A stretch of 64,000 nt of DNA. It comes from Verrucomicrobiota bacterium. GTDB lineage: Bacteria; Verrucomicrobiota; Verrucomicrobiia; Opitutales; Seribacteraceae. Location: contig JAQBYT010000009.1 in NCBI GenBank assembly GCA_027622665.1, forward strand, positions 32,001 to 96,000, written 5' to 3'. Below, one piece after another: positions 36,801-46,963 of the stretch. The notes below the pieces were generated by a model. It was not told the DNA's origin. It was given only the letters and a program-made list of their open reading frames with translations, and searched no databases. Each line of letters begins with the position of its first letter. Positions within the stretch are counted from its first letter, which is position 1. Made by a program: the position numbers and the translations under genes.

Positions 36801-37781
36801 GGCCACTTGTAGGTTCAACCTGTTGTTGGAAAAAGAAAAGTCGTACCCTATGCTTCCATAGCTATTGGAATGGGAAGCGGGCTGATTTTCAGAAAACATC
36901 TGCACGCGAAAATAAAAAGAGCGTTCCCAGTTTGCTTCAAATTCTATTTCAATAGCATCTTTTTCGGGAAGTATCCGACTTAGACTTCCTGATGCACTCG
37001 CAACCAGTCCGCCACCCTCGTATCTCCAAGCGTTCTTACTACTGGGTTTCCAACCGGAAAATCCGTATGAGGCATCGTATAGGCTTTCGTGACTTGGAGG
37101 CAATAGGATGATCGAGGTGATTTTTTCTCTTAGTGTTTCCAAAACTCCAGCAAAGTCGGTTTTCACGGCTACGGTCTCTGCATCGACTTTGGTCAGGTGC
37201 CCTCTTAAGCGATCTCCGTTGGTGAATTTCAGCAACACTTTGCTGCCTTTTTCGGAGGTTGGCTTTTTTTTAGGAGCGGTACGCGGGGCAAGTTCGATCG
37301 AGTCGACTGCGGAAAAGCGAAAAGACAGTGGATTGGCGGCCGATTCGTTCTCCCATTGGAGAAAACGATTGGCTGTTAGCTCAATCAATTGCCCTCTGAT
37401 TTGTGAACCATCGAAGAGGCGGAGGTGGTCCGATGAGTCTATATCTTCCGATACACCTTCGGACTGGTCAGATGAAGTGGCCGCATTCCATGAAACATTT
37501 GGTGTGTTAACCACTCGAATGCGTCCCACTCCTCCTCCTTCAATCAAGATTTCGGCTTTTGCCTGAACTTGCACCGCTTGTGGTTTGACATTGAGTTGGA
37601 TTCGAACGGTTTGGGCTTCCACTTTTGGATCGAGGGGAGTGGCGACCTTCAAATCGATGATCGTATTGGCTTCTGCATTTAGCTGCAGTTTCGGTGCAAC
37701 TTTAACTTCTTGACCTGATGCGGTAGAAAAACTTGCATTCAGCAGAACTATTCCTGCAAGAGTTGTAGATAATGTCGTCAT
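33879..37781 (-). CDS. Large secreted multidomain protein: PVC beta-rich N-terminal region, WD40 repeats and inserted FGE-like domain
   Basis: ATG 37781 overlaps the upstream stop; NGD.L.G repeats, RGWLWGRL, RLPTEAEWEYACRAG, DMHGNLWEWC, GFRVAL, multiple FSPDG WD40 blades. Confidence 0.85.
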   Translation of the reverse strand: MTTLSTTLAGIVLLNASFSTASGQEVKVAPKLQLNAEANTIIDLKVATPLDPKVEAQTVRIQLNVKPQAVQVQAKAEILIEGGGVGRIRVVNTPNVSWNAATSSDQSEGVSEDIDSSDHLRLFDGSQIRGQLIELTANRFLQWENESAANPLSFRFSAVDSIELAPRTAPKKKPTSEKGSKVLLKFTNGDRLRGHLTKVDAETVAVKTDFAGVLETLREKITSIILLPPSHESLYDASYGFSGWKPSSKNAWRYEGGGLVASASGSLSRILPEKDAIEIEFEANWERSFYFRVQMFSENQPASHSNSYGSIGYDFSFSNNRLNLQVAKRKKGQLTRETIGSAVIQDLLSLKSARFRIYGNRKTKEFAVWLDDRKMASWKDGDEEFIPMGNTVSFYNQGGSSFLRLNETSISGWEGDYTPVEEPSPEEKATTRVNLVNGDSTASEIGNLVDGNLQMKTKRGIFNTPVERIRSIHFPQKGGLTTKTASERIWLTGSSGNLALNLTAIRNGMAKGENPNFGLVEISMSRVRRLACNIHLLELEKYLAQLRLARRALEARNLETANQILQKTDPAMRGWLWGRLAFHAKALSSREILSFAPHPESGLAGASFAEDSETILTVGKDATFGLWNGHARLASGKIKGSESLHGELGRFPNETQRFTTISRDFWLGQFEVTQEQYEKLVGENPSTRKSPKFPVEKTSWFDATEYCKLLNKKFPPANGYVYRLPTEAEWEYACRAGINGPFAGSSITSIPNDDTAYSEHLAQIAWFSENSNNAPHAGGEKDANAYGLHDMHGNLWEWCLDHVELNKQNMLKSRIPGGVDPFITEGRWRSLRGGSFNVGFNRCRSAYRGANDPGVKRDDRGFRVALAPDLSPEANVTKVLVDKPHLVQELGLRLMPIPAGSFLLGSPEKLPGGCAVSVPKTDLILTGNAKGELYLSDLAGRPPRNVGPRLPAAITALAASPDGKLLFTGCSDGSTHLVSLAEGKKISSFSDHKSPVTTVAFSPKKNLMASCELAGKAVIRTREAESKPVFLEGHSARFDNIDFSPDGTRVLTSGPGAPPALWSSSDGAFILHLRVELEDVVTARFARDGKGISVACRSGRILLCETSTGLSYNRITLPGKELADLHYSPEGNRILVVTQEGLCSIRSVPQAEAIRIVAKDGSLTSSPDYYFDLARYNASPSLLPSTLEAFLRKHGQKMDGDTLPRGCSQSPDNAWILTTADGALRLWRAETGKLEANLAEKLSAPFEACAFSPDGLFATGRLASGQILAYPAFPQSDSANSDLLPNADLIRSWFNSSPPR

Positions 37782-38773
37782 CTTTCGTAAATCGGTAGAT
37801 ACCTGTAGTTTAGTGCTAGCGATAGTAGAGCAGCCGAAGTGGAGAAGGCTTTTCCGTAATTCCCGTTCCAACTGCCGTCGTCGGATTGGGTGGCAAGAAG
37901 TTGTTTTACGTTTTTGGAATTCCAGACCCGCCAGAGAGAGGGGTCTGCTCGGAAGACTGCTTGGGATGTGTAGTAAAGGCTATAGAACTTGTGGCCTTGG
38001 CCGTCATGCGCGGCATTTTCCATTAGGTATTTAACGGACTGTTTGTAAGCTTTTGAATCGGTGTCCTTGGATAGAGCCAATACGAGGCATCCTATGGCTG
38101 ATCGAGGTTGGTTGGGACCGCTTGTGGAAGTGTATCCGAAGCCGCCGCTAGAATCTTGGCAGGAGACAAAAAAATTGATGGCTTTTTCAATTGCGGGTTC
38201 GGGGACGGATAGTCCAGCATTTCTGGCGGCAAACAAAGCCACCATCTGGGCACCGGAAACTGTGGTGTCCGCATCCTTACTTTCAGGACCGTATCGCCAA
38301 GCGCCCTTTGTATTGCCTTTCTGTGATCCCAAGATCAGATCGGTTGCCTTTTGTAGCGCGGGACCCAGTCGGAGGTCGTTGGTTATACCGTAGGCTTCCG
38401 CCAAGGCGAGAGTGGCGAATCCGTGATTGTACATGGAAGAGCCAATATAGCCGGTTTTCTTGTCTTGGCGGGCAAGGATGTAGTCCAGAGAACGTTTCAC
38501 GGTTATTCGATAGGGACCGAACTCGGGATCATCCCCACGGGCGAGTAAAGCCAAGGTCGCCAGACCCACGACCCCTGCTTCGGAACCGTAGGAATTATCA
38601 GACCAGTTGCCACCGTCCGTTTGGCTCTTGGCAAGGTATCCCAGGCCTTGTTTGTACATCCGGTCGATTTGTCGTACGAGATCGTCATTGGCTTCCTCGA
38701 ACAATTCCTGCGCCCGGAGGGAATTGCCGGCAAGAACAGCCAATAGGAAAACCGAAGTAAGAAAGCTTTTCAC
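37778..38773 (-). CDS. Prenyltransferase/squalene-oxidase repeat (alpha/alpha-barrel) protein
   Basis: QW-like repeats QTDGGNW, Q..GAWRY, QSDDGSW; MYNHGFATLALAE; ends YLPIYER. Confidence 0.88.
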   Translation of the reverse strand: MKSFLTSVFLLAVLAGNSLRAQELFEEANDDLVRQIDRMYKQGLGYLAKSQTDGGNWSDNSYGSEAGVVGLATLALLARGDDPEFGPYRITVKRSLDYILARQDKKTGYIGSSMYNHGFATLALAEAYGITNDLRLGPALQKATDLILGSQKGNTKGAWRYGPESKDADTTVSGAQMVALFAARNAGLSVPEPAIEKAINFFVSCQDSSGGFGYTSTSGPNQPRSAIGCLVLALSKDTDSKAYKQSVKYLMENAAHDGQGHKFYSLYYTSQAVFRADPSLWRVWNSKNVKQLLATQSDDGSWNGNYGKAFSTSAALLSLALNYRYLPIYER

Positions 38774-38778
38774 GATTG

Positions 38779-41700
38779 TTATTCCTCGATTTGTCGGAAG
38801 TAGTTTTCCATGGCTCTGCGAAACTCTGGAGGAGGAACTCCCGAAGCTCCCCCTGCCTGTTGGGTTTTCCGGTTCCCGGGGGCAATGCCATCTGCATTAC
38901 CCGTAGTGTTGTCGTGTTCTTGGTCCGTATCGCCGCCCTGTTGGCTGCCGCCACCCGTTTGTCCAGGCATCATCCCTTTGCCTTGCCCTGGTTTTCCGCT
39001 CGAAAGTTGGCTAAGGAGGAACTGTAGAGCTTGCGAGTTTCCGGAGGATGCCCCTTGGGAGCCGGATTGAGCGGCTTCTATGAGAAGATTTATGAGGTCG
39101 CTTACGGTGTCACGGGATTGTGTTTGAGCGAGGGTGGTCGTACTTCCGAACTCTTCTTTCTCCAACCCCGCGGCGGAAGTTGCCATGTAGGTGTGTGCAT
39201 CGTCAAAAACGGGATTGATCTCCTCGATCGCCATTTCCACTTGGACCTCGGTGAGATCGGTCATCAATTCCCTCTGGTTTTGGCCGAGAATAAGTGAACG
39301 ATCCTTACGAACCTCTTCTTTGAAATGATCTACGAGCAACTTGGTCTTACCGAGAATAGCCTTTTGTTTTTCGCGGATACGAAGAAGGGCTACGAGCTGT
39401 GCGGTGAGATCTTTGGCCTCGCCACCGCCACCACCACCGCCACCGCCACCGCCACCGTCATTCTCTTCTTCAAGCATGTCGGCCCATTCCTCAAAGCGTT
39501 CGGCCCAGTGATCCAGATTCTCGAGTGCGGCAAAAGCGACGTTTTTTCGAATGAGGGTTGATCCGGCTCGCAAGCCATCAATAGCACCTTCCTCTTCCAT
39601 TCGCTTGCCAACTTCTCCATAGTTTTTACGGCCTGTTCTTTCGTGAAAGCGGCTTATTTCTCCTTGTAGAAGTTCGGTTTCAATATGAGCCTCATGCTGG
39701 GTGTTTTCCAGTTCGCCCTGCATCTGGAGTTGCTTCTCAGGTAAAGTGTTCGCGTGCTGTCCGATGGTGTCCGGCAATTGGGAAACAAGAACTTCGCCAA
39801 GTCGATTCTCGGTTTTCTGGACCTGCCGCAACCGCTGGGCGAGGGTGAGCGCCTCCAGATCGTCAAGTTGTTCGTTTGCTTGCTCCAGTATCTCCCTCAA
39901 GTTTTCCAGCGCTTCTTGTTCGGATTGTTCCGCTTTGGAAAGACTGGGCTTGGCGGAAGAGGGGTTTGCCTTGGCTTCTTCGATTTTGCTTGCCGCTTGA
40001 GCCATCTCACCCGATGCGACATCTTCCATTTTCCTCATGGTTTCACTCCATCGTTTAAGCGTTTCCTCGTCGAAAAGTGGATTGCGTAGAGCCTCTCGAA
40101 GGGCTTCGGCACCCTCTTCTGCCGCATCGCGAAGATGCCGAGCATTGTCTCTTTGCGATTCAGCTAAGTTTTCCAATGCCTTATCCGATTGTCGTTCGTC
40201 GAGTTCATCGAAAGCCTCATCGGAGAGTCGTACATTTTCCAGCATGATACCTTCCTCTTCCCTGGCGATTTCGGAAACTTGGGCTAAGATATCTTCCATC
40301 CTTCGACGAACTGCCTCGGCATGCTCTTCGGGTCCTACGACATGAAGGATGATCTCTCTGGAGGTGGAAAACTCTCGGTCGGGAACCCGGTCGATGGCCT
40401 TGGCGGTAAGTATAGCGACGTCTCCGCGCTTGAGTCCGAGAAAGGAAGGGTCAAAGGGGAAGTCGAGATCCAGAGTTTTGGCATCGGCGACATGTTCCTC
40501 CTTCTTTGACAGTCGGTCGGGTTTGTGGCTTTGTCCATCGCTTGATTGAACTGCGAGTTGGAGTTCCAACTGCGCAACACCGTAATCGTCTTTTGCGATG
40601 ACTCGAAGATCCAAGGTTTCAGTCTCTAGAATCGCACTTTCTCCAGGTAGGTTCTCGAAATCAACCCTTGGCGCTTCGTCCGGTATGGAGTTCACTGTAA
40701 GCGCAGTTGGCGTGGCGGCGGAAAGACCGAAAATATCCGTGAACCTAATCTGCACGTCCAAGGATTCTTCGACAATGCTCAGCTCGGCTGTGAAAGTTTC
40801 CTTGTCTGTCACAACATCGAAATGGGTACTTTTTGTTCGAACGCCAACTCGAACGACGGGTCTATTTGAGACACCTTCCAAAGTGAGGTTAGTGCCTTCC
40901 AGAACCTTTGTTCGCGTGCCTTCAATGGTCTTTCGCTCTCTTGAATAACCTAAATATTCCGGGAGTTTGACGATGGCTTCCAGTCGTTCGATGCGCGGAC
41001 GTTCCAATGGCGTAATCTGAAGAATTGCTCGCGCGTCTCCCACTTCCAGTGCCCAATCTCTGGCCTCGAATTGTCCGGGCAGGATGAATTCGTACAGGAG
41101 GCCGTTTCTTTTTGCCGAAAACTCTTGGCCCGTCGGGGAGATGAGGATGGCTTCGTTGGGTTTACGGCGAGAATCCTTGGACAGAATGCAGCGCAAGGGC
41201 ACTGGTTCGCCACGGGCACAGAAAGTCTGAGCCGGAACCCATGCCGGCGTGGTTAGAGTAAGGCGAGGGGAGTCATTCCACGGCACGGCCCAGCGTTGCC
41301 ATGCATTGAGAGCGATATCTGGTAGCGTCAACGCGATGATTCCCGTAAGCAAAGCAGCCCCGGCGCAGCACGAGAGAGCCCGTCTTGCCGGTCGAACGTC
41401 TACTGCTTCATTCAGTTCCAGTCGGCTAATTTCTTGCTCCACTTTTTTAGCGGCTGCTTCGAAAAGCGCCTCGGAATGCCGAATTTCGTCCGGGCCACGA
41501 CGAGCGAGTTCGAGGACCCCTAGGAAACGATCGCCGGGACCGCCGAATTTGTTCCGAACTAATTTGGCGAGATGGATTTCCGATTGCGGGAGGAGAATGC
41601 CACCACGATACCATGCAAAAAGCATTAAGGTGGTTCCCACCCACCCAGCTCCTGCTAGAAAAATGCGGACTAGGCCGGGCGTGTCCCATAAGCGGTCGCT

Positions 41701-41853
41701 GGCAAATAAAACTAACCAGGAGCACAGCAAACACGCGGCAATGGCACCTGCTCCGCGGGTGTGGGCGAGCTTGCCAACTCTTGCCCCCAAGCTGATGGTT
41801 GCTCGCCGAAGGCTTTCCGGTAGCGGTGTTGGTCTGTCGCTGCTTGGCTTCAT
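38779..41853 (-). CDS. Membrane-anchored long coiled-coil protein (DUF4175-like)
   Basis: Three N-terminal TMs, Ig-like region (D.AP.V, AKDDYGV), E/Q-rich helical C-terminal half, terminal VPPPEFRRAMENYF. Confidence 0.8.
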   Translation of the reverse strand: MKPSSDRPTPLPESLRRATISLGARVGKLAHTRGAGAIAACLLCSWLVLFASDRLWDTPGLVRIFLAGAGWVGTTLMLFAWYRGGILLPQSEIHLAKLVRNKFGGPGDRFLGVLELARRGPDEIRHSEALFEAAAKKVEQEISRLELNEAVDVRPARRALSCCAGAALLTGIIALTLPDIALNAWQRWAVPWNDSPRLTLTTPAWVPAQTFCARGEPVPLRCILSKDSRRKPNEAILISPTGQEFSAKRNGLLYEFILPGQFEARDWALEVGDARAILQITPLERPRIERLEAIVKLPEYLGYSRERKTIEGTRTKVLEGTNLTLEGVSNRPVVRVGVRTKSTHFDVVTDKETFTAELSIVEESLDVQIRFTDIFGLSAATPTALTVNSIPDEAPRVDFENLPGESAILETETLDLRVIAKDDYGVAQLELQLAVQSSDGQSHKPDRLSKKEEHVADAKTLDLDFPFDPSFLGLKRGDVAILTAKAIDRVPDREFSTSREIILHVVGPEEHAEAVRRRMEDILAQVSEIAREEEGIMLENVRLSDEAFDELDERQSDKALENLAESQRDNARHLRDAAEEGAEALREALRNPLFDEETLKRWSETMRKMEDVASGEMAQAASKIEEAKANPSSAKPSLSKAEQSEQEALENLREILEQANEQLDDLEALTLAQRLRQVQKTENRLGEVLVSQLPDTIGQHANTLPEKQLQMQGELENTQHEAHIETELLQGEISRFHERTGRKNYGEVGKRMEEEGAIDGLRAGSTLIRKNVAFAALENLDHWAERFEEWADMLEEENDGGGGGGGGGGGGEAKDLTAQLVALLRIREKQKAILGKTKLLVDHFKEEVRKDRSLILGQNQRELMTDLTEVQVEMAIEEINPVFDDAHTYMATSAAGLEKEEFGSTTTLAQTQSRDTVSDLINLLIEAAQSGSQGASSGNSQALQFLLSQLSSGKPGQGKGMMPGQTGGGSQQGGDTDQEHDNTTGNADGIAPGNRKTQQAGGASGVPPPEFRRAMENYFRQIEE
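39421..39456 (-). repeat. Imperfect GGT/GGC triplet repeat encoding Gly12
   Basis: gccaccgccaccaccaccgccaccgccaccgccacc, in frame within the coiled-coil gene. Confidence 0.85.
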
Positions 41854-41855
41854 GG

Positions 41856-44039
41856 CTAAATCATTCCTGTGAATTTCCGGCCAGTCCAGTAAATTGCAAG
41901 CAATCCGCAAAGGAATAATCCCCAGTTGAGATCGGTTCGTAGTCGATGTATTCGTTCCAGAGGATCGGGGGCAGGCAGGGCGGCTATGGATTGAACGATG
42001 CTTTCTAGATTTTCGGAGAGGCCGTACTTCCCGCCAGTGAGTCTTGCCAGTTCGCGAAGATCGCCTGTCCGCGCCGGCCGGCCAAGCCGTTCCAGACCAT
42101 GACTTTCCGCATGCAAGTTGGTTTCCAAGAAACGATTGGCTTTTGTAACTTCCGTTCTGATTCTAATCGTGCCGGATTGACGAGTCCGAAAGGTTGCGAG
42201 AAAGACGCCATCTCCTTCCGGAGCAGGTTCGTAAAAGATTCTTTCGGTTTCCCCTCCGGGGTGCTCAACCATACTTTCTACAGGGCCATCTTTAAGGGGA
42301 AAACCGTCTTTATCCAAGACGATGCAGCGCAGGTAGACGTTTTCGCCTGTCTTTGGCCTTTCCGGGCTGTGGATGACTTTCATCCCATCTCCTTCCGACA
42401 GATGCCGTCCATGGGCCATCCATCGGGCTATCTGGCTCCAGAAACGATAGTGGTATTTGTCTTCGACGCCTCGACGCCATCGCCATGCGGAGTCGCTTCC
42501 GAGGTAGAGGGTTTTGCCCGCGCCGACATAGCGAATGGCCAACACTGGCATCCGTCCCCATTCGTTTCTAAAGATCGAGTGTACTGCAAGTACTTCGGAT
42601 CCCGGCCGACTCTTGAGAGCCGCGGCGGACCAATGAAACCCAGGGAGTCGTTCCCAGAATCGAAGATCTGGTTCACCCGCGCCTCTTAGCGTGGTTAGCC
42701 AGTGATTGCGTCCTTTTGTGGTAAGCGTGATAGCCGAAGAGTTGGAAGTGCCCACCCCTCTGGGTTTGGCAGGGTCGAAGGCGACGGGGATAAGGTCTCC
42801 CAATGGGCTGTCGGCAAGACTAGTTTGACGCCCTCGCCGTCCGGGAAGAAAAATTACCCCGGAGGCATGCAGGCGGACAAGGTTGGCCAATGCCTCGCAG
42901 TTGTCTTCACTCAATTCTCCTTCCTCAAGTCCAATGTCCCCAATGAATACTACGTCGTAAGGGGCCAGTTCTTCGGGGGAGTCGGGGAATTCTCTAAGGT
43001 ATCCACGACCGTTGCCGGGATTCATTCCCGGGTGGAGAAGAATGCAGTTCATGTCGACTCGTGGGTCGCGTTCAAGAGCGTTGCGTAGAAATCGATATTC
43101 CCACCTTGGGAACGAATCTACGATCAGGGCCTTGAGTACCTTGCTTTCGATCCGTGTCTCGAGTTCTCTGAAATTGTTTTCGATTATGCTTTCTCCCGGT
43201 TGCCCTTCCACTTCTGCCCGTAAACTTATCTCCCCCTTCATGGAAGGCAGCCAGGATATGGTTCCGCTCACCTCTTCGCCAGTGGGCAAGATTATCGGTT
43301 TTACCGCCACTTGCTCGTCGTTTCCCATCAGCCTCAAGGTCGTTTCGATCCGCTCGGGGAAGGTGTTCGAAATACGGTAACTAACGGTCAGGCGTTCACC
43401 GAGGAGAGCGAAGGAGGGGGCGGTGAAATCCTCGAGAACGAGATCGGGCAGAGGTTTGTCTCTGCCGACTCGAACAACGTATGTGGGGACACCTAATGCT
43501 CGGCAACGACCTGCGAGAGACAGTGGGGATGGACCTGTGTTTACGTCTCCGTCGGTGAAGTATAGAGCGGCCTTAAGATTTGAAATACGATCAAGCCCTT
43601 CCTTCAAAGGAAGCGAGAGGTCGGTTGCTTCGCTGCCGCTTGCGGAAGAAAAGGGGAGTTCCGAAACAATGGCCGTCTTTTCGAGTTCGGAACGCCAAGG
43701 TTGAGTCAGTGATTTTTTCACCCAATCCGAACGGGTTATTGTCGTTCCGTTGGCGTCTTTTACATCGCGCGTATTCATGCTGGCAGAAGTGTCCGACAGC
43801 AGAAGTATTTGGGGTTCGGAATCCCTTTCTATACGTTCGACACGTTCAGGGTTAGCTAGCGTGACCAAAATCAAACTCACGACAATGAACCTCAGGGCTT
43901 CCAGCCATGCTATGGATCTTTTTCTACCTGATCGAATCCAAGTAAGGATGCAAAGCCGGAGGCAGATGACCATAACGGCAATCACCACCAAGACTACCGG
44001 CCAAGACCAATCTAGGCGCCATTCGGAAAAATCGATCAA
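41856..44039 (-). CDS. Membrane protein with VWA-like and glutamine-amidotransferase-like domains
   Basis: TTG 44039 overlaps the upstream stop; DTSASM (MIDAS-like), FTDGD, PRWEYRFLRNALERD, WRWR..FWSQ. Confidence 0.8.
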   Translation of the reverse strand: MIDFSEWRLDWSWPVVLVVIAVMVICLRLCILTWIRSGRKRSIAWLEALRFIVVSLILVTLANPERVERIERDSEPQILLLSDTSASMNTRDVKDANGTTITRSDWVKKSLTQPWRSELEKTAIVSELPFSSASGSEATDLSLPLKEGLDRISNLKAALYFTDGDVNTGPSPLSLAGRCRALGVPTYVVRVGRDKPLPDLVLEDFTAPSFALLGERLTVSYRISNTFPERIETTLRLMGNDEQVAVKPIILPTGEEVSGTISWLPSMKGEISLRAEVEGQPGESIIENNFRELETRIESKVLKALIVDSFPRWEYRFLRNALERDPRVDMNCILLHPGMNPGNGRGYLREFPDSPEELAPYDVVFIGDIGLEEGELSEDNCEALANLVRLHASGVIFLPGRRGRQTSLADSPLGDLIPVAFDPAKPRGVGTSNSSAITLTTKGRNHWLTTLRGAGEPDLRFWERLPGFHWSAAALKSRPGSEVLAVHSIFRNEWGRMPVLAIRYVGAGKTLYLGSDSAWRWRRGVEDKYHYRFWSQIARWMAHGRHLSEGDGMKVIHSPERPKTGENVYLRCIVLDKDGFPLKDGPVESMVEHPGGETERIFYEPAPEGDGVFLATFRTRQSGTIRIRTEVTKANRFLETNLHAESHGLERLGRPARTGDLRELARLTGGKYGLSENLESIVQSIAALPAPDPLERIHRLRTDLNWGLFLCGLLAIYWTGRKFTGMI

Positions 44040-46000
44040 GATGGGAGGTCTTTCATCTTTTTGACGGAACCGGGTAATCCCAAGAGCGATTCGCCCAATA
44101 GGAAAATGAGAACGAGGTAAAGGAAAACGGTCCATATCTCGGATCGAGACGACTGATTGCCCAAAGCTTCCGTTTTAAGATAGCTTACGAAATCATTGCC
44201 TAGAGAATCGACAGCTTGCTTTTGGGGAAAGAGTGAAGGCGAATCCTCCTCGTGCGGGCGATTTACGGCTGCCACGTTGCCGTCGATAAGGTAAACTCCT
44301 GCATGCAAGGCTGGGTTTTTTCTCTCCTGTGAATCAAGGCACTCGATTTCGTTTGCTTCTGCAAATTCGGAAGAACCGCAAGCCAGCGAACGCGCCGGTG
44401 AGTGCGTTGCCGTGGTCTCTTCCAATAGGCGTTGAATCGCCGGCACAAGAATATGCCCGTTGTCCAAACCGGACCATTTTTCTACGGGTAAAGTGGAAAA
44501 GAGATATATCGCTCCCTTGCCCATTATTTTGCGGGACAAGAAGGGCTTCCCGTCCGAGAAATAAGCCAAAGGTTCGGTACCAAGGGGAATGCTGCGAGTG
44601 GCGGTTGAAAGTTCAGTTAAGGGGAGGCGAGTACCATCGGAAGCATTGGCGAGAATGCCGCTGTTTTCATTCCAAGAATTTACGCGAAACGAAGACTCGG
44701 AGTCAGGTGCTCTTTCTGCTGGTTGCCATCGTATTGGGTCAATTGCCGCACCTTCTTTTGAACTGGGAGGAAAGCATAGTAGCGTCCCCCCTTCATTGAC
44801 GAAGGATTTCAAAAGTTCGGCTTCTTGTGAAGTCCGCGGATTTCCTTGAAGGACGATCAGCGTTCTGCCGGCGAGATCCTCCTTGTTTAGGTTGGATGAC
44901 GGCAGGGCGTCTGCCGGAATTCCTTTCTCGTTGGCTGCCGCTGCCCGCAGGATGCGTCCTGCCATGGGTAGGTCGGCCCTGACCGCCGCTTGTGGGCGAT
45001 TTGCGGAGCCGTAGGCGAAATACCAAGAGTTGTCGCCGAGGCACAGGTCGGGGGGGAGACTAAGGGAAAGCCATCCTTGGTTTTTCGATTCCGGCAAAGG
45101 CACGGAGGATCGCCAAAGAAAGCTCTCCCCCTTGAATTCGGCAGTGAGTTCACTTTGCACGCCGTCTAGATTGGCCGTGATTCGCAAGGGAAGATCGGCA
45201 ATCGGCCGGCGTTGAATATGTGCGAGGAGGTCGAGCTTTTCGCTGCGGCGCAAGAGGTTTTCACCGAGTAGGGAAGAGTTTGTGGAAGCTTCACCTTCTA
45301 GAGCGAGAATTCGTGTGCGCCACGAACCTTCCTTTACCGCCAGAATTTTCTTGATCCGTCGAAAAATATCTTCGCTCCCCTCTGGTTTCCAGTTGCTTTC
45401 CTGCATATCGGAAGCAATGACTATTTCGGCAGTGGCCACGCCGTTTTCCTCTAACCAGTCGAGAGTGGTTGCTAGGGTGGCGGGTATGTCGGCTGCCGTT
45501 TCGGTGGACCCGAGGTATCGTTCCATGGCGGGATCAGCGAGGGTGGACAAATCGGACAATATGACAGGTTCTCGCAAGGCGCTGTCGACCAAGATGATTC
45601 TGCTTTCGGTCCAAGGTTTCGCAAAGTTCTCAAGGGCTTTTAAGGCGAGTTCCCGTTTGCTTGCCGCCCCTTCTCCTGTTTTCGTTTCCATACTCGCTGA
45701 ACGATCCAGTATCAAGGCTATCGCCTCGGGTGCTCCGGATGAAAAGGAAAACAGTGAATCTCCGCCCGTCATCGGTCGAGACAGAGCAAAAATCAAGCCG
45801 AGCAAGGCTAATACGCGGAGTAACAAAGTCAGCCACCGTTTTAAACGAGAAAGTTTCGAGGAACTTCGTCTAGCCTGTAAGAGGAAGCGAGTGGCCGCCC
45901 ACGGTTGCGACCGGTGGCGCAGCAGGTTCAGCAGATGGATGATTACCGGCAGTAACGCCAAGGGCAATCCGTACAGTGCTAGAGGCTGAAGGAATGTCAT
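44036..46000 (-). CDS. BatA and VWA domain membrane protein
   Basis: MTFLQP...LPVIIHL...WAATRFL BatA motif, DRSASM, SDMQ, C-terminal TM. Confidence 0.9.
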   Translation of the reverse strand: MTFLQPLALYGLPLALLPVIIHLLNLLRHRSQPWAATRFLLQARRSSSKLSRLKRWLTLLLRVLALLGLIFALSRPMTGGDSLFSFSSGAPEAIALILDRSASMETKTGEGAASKRELALKALENFAKPWTESRIILVDSALREPVILSDLSTLADPAMERYLGSTETAADIPATLATTLDWLEENGVATAEIVIASDMQESNWKPEGSEDIFRRIKKILAVKEGSWRTRILALEGEASTNSSLLGENLLRRSEKLDLLAHIQRRPIADLPLRITANLDGVQSELTAEFKGESFLWRSSVPLPESKNQGWLSLSLPPDLCLGDNSWYFAYGSANRPQAAVRADLPMAGRILRAAAANEKGIPADALPSSNLNKEDLAGRTLIVLQGNPRTSQEAELLKSFVNEGGTLLCFPPSSKEGAAIDPIRWQPAERAPDSESSFRVNSWNENSGILANASDGTRLPLTELSTATRSIPLGTEPLAYFSDGKPFLSRKIMGKGAIYLFSTLPVEKWSGLDNGHILVPAIQRLLEETTATHSPARSLACGSSEFAEANEIECLDSQERKNPALHAGVYLIDGNVAAVNRPHEEDSPSLFPQKQAVDSLGNDFVSYLKTEALGNQSSRSEIWTVFLYLVLIFLLGESLLGLPGSVKKMKDLPS

Positions 46001-46054
46001 GTCCCTAATGTCGACTGATGTTCAACAGGCTTTGCTTCTACCAAACCGGATCGA

Positions 46055-46963
46055 TCATGCGGCCTTGCCTGCAGCGCGTTCGCCGAGAAACTTATCCAGT
46101 ACCTCGGCCACGGGAACGTCAGTGCGAATGATGCGATGATCAGCCTCGGATTCGAGGCATCCCTGAGTAATAGATTCGAGATGGATTTTCATGCTCTCGA
46201 GGTATTGCTCCCTGATTACGGCAGGTTCCGTAATCAGCGAACCGGCTCCCTCCAAGTCAACGAAGCGAGTTGGGCGTTCGAAGGGGAAATCCTCTTCTTG
46301 AGGGTCGATGAGATGAAATAAAACGACGTCGTGCCGACGGTCGCGTAAATGATGTATGGCATCGATCAAGTCTTTCGGGTCATCAAGAAAATCCGATATC
46401 ACGACCGTCATTCCTCGAGGTCGGACTCTCTCCGCTAGATCATGCAGACTATCTACCAGAGAAGGTGCCCCCTTGGGTTTAAGGGGACCCATAGTCTCGA
46501 GCATTTCCTGAACCTGAGCCGGGTTGCGTTTTGCCGGTAGTTCGAACGATTTCTTGTCTCGAATGGCCAAGAGACCCGCGGCATCGCCTTGTCCGATAAT
46601 TAAGTAAGCGAAAGTGGCGGCCAGCCTTTTAGCATATTCGAATTTACTTTCTGTCGCTCCAAAGCCCATGGAACCACTGCAATCTAGGGCAAGGTAGCAG
46701 CGTAGATTGGTTTCGGCTTCGAATTCCTTGAGGTAGTATCGGTCCGAACGGGCATACACTCGCCAATCCATTCTACGAGGATCTTCTCCGGCTACGTATT
46801 CTCGGTATTCTGCAAATTCGACGCTGGAACCCTTGTGGGGACTTCTGTGATGCCCGGACACGCTACCTTCCATTGGAAATGGTGTGAGCAAGGGTTCAGA
46901 GGTGATGCGTGAAATAGCCTCCTTATCCAAGTACTTGAGGTAGGACTTACGTCGTCTACTCAT
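46055..46963 (-). CDS. DUF58 domain (VWA-like) protein
   Basis: GHHRS..GSSVEFAEYREY..GED.R.MDW, DCSGSM, ISDF. Confidence 0.93.
   Translation of the reverse strand: MSRRRKSYLKYLDKEAISRITSEPLLTPFPMEGSVSGHHRSPHKGSSVEFAEYREYVAGEDPRRMDWRVYARSDRYYLKEFEAETNLRCYLALDCSGSMGFGATESKFEYAKRLAATFAYLIIGQGDAAGLLAIRDKKSFELPAKRNPAQVQEMLETMGPLKPKGAPSLVDSLHDLAERVRPRGMTVVISDFLDDPKDLIDAIHHLRDRRHDVVLFHLIDPQEEDFPFERPTRFVDLEGAGSLITEPAVIREQYLESMKIHLESITQGCLESEADHRIIRTDVPVAEVLDKFLGERAAGKAA

Noticed and set aside
37778..38773. Squalene-hopene cyclase or terpene biosynthetic cluster
   Set aside because: Single barrel of 331 aa with a signal peptide, no DXDD motif seen, and no isoprenoid genes nearby.
39421..39456. Phase-variable repeat
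   Set aside because: In-frame mixed-codon glycine linker; length change would not switch expression.
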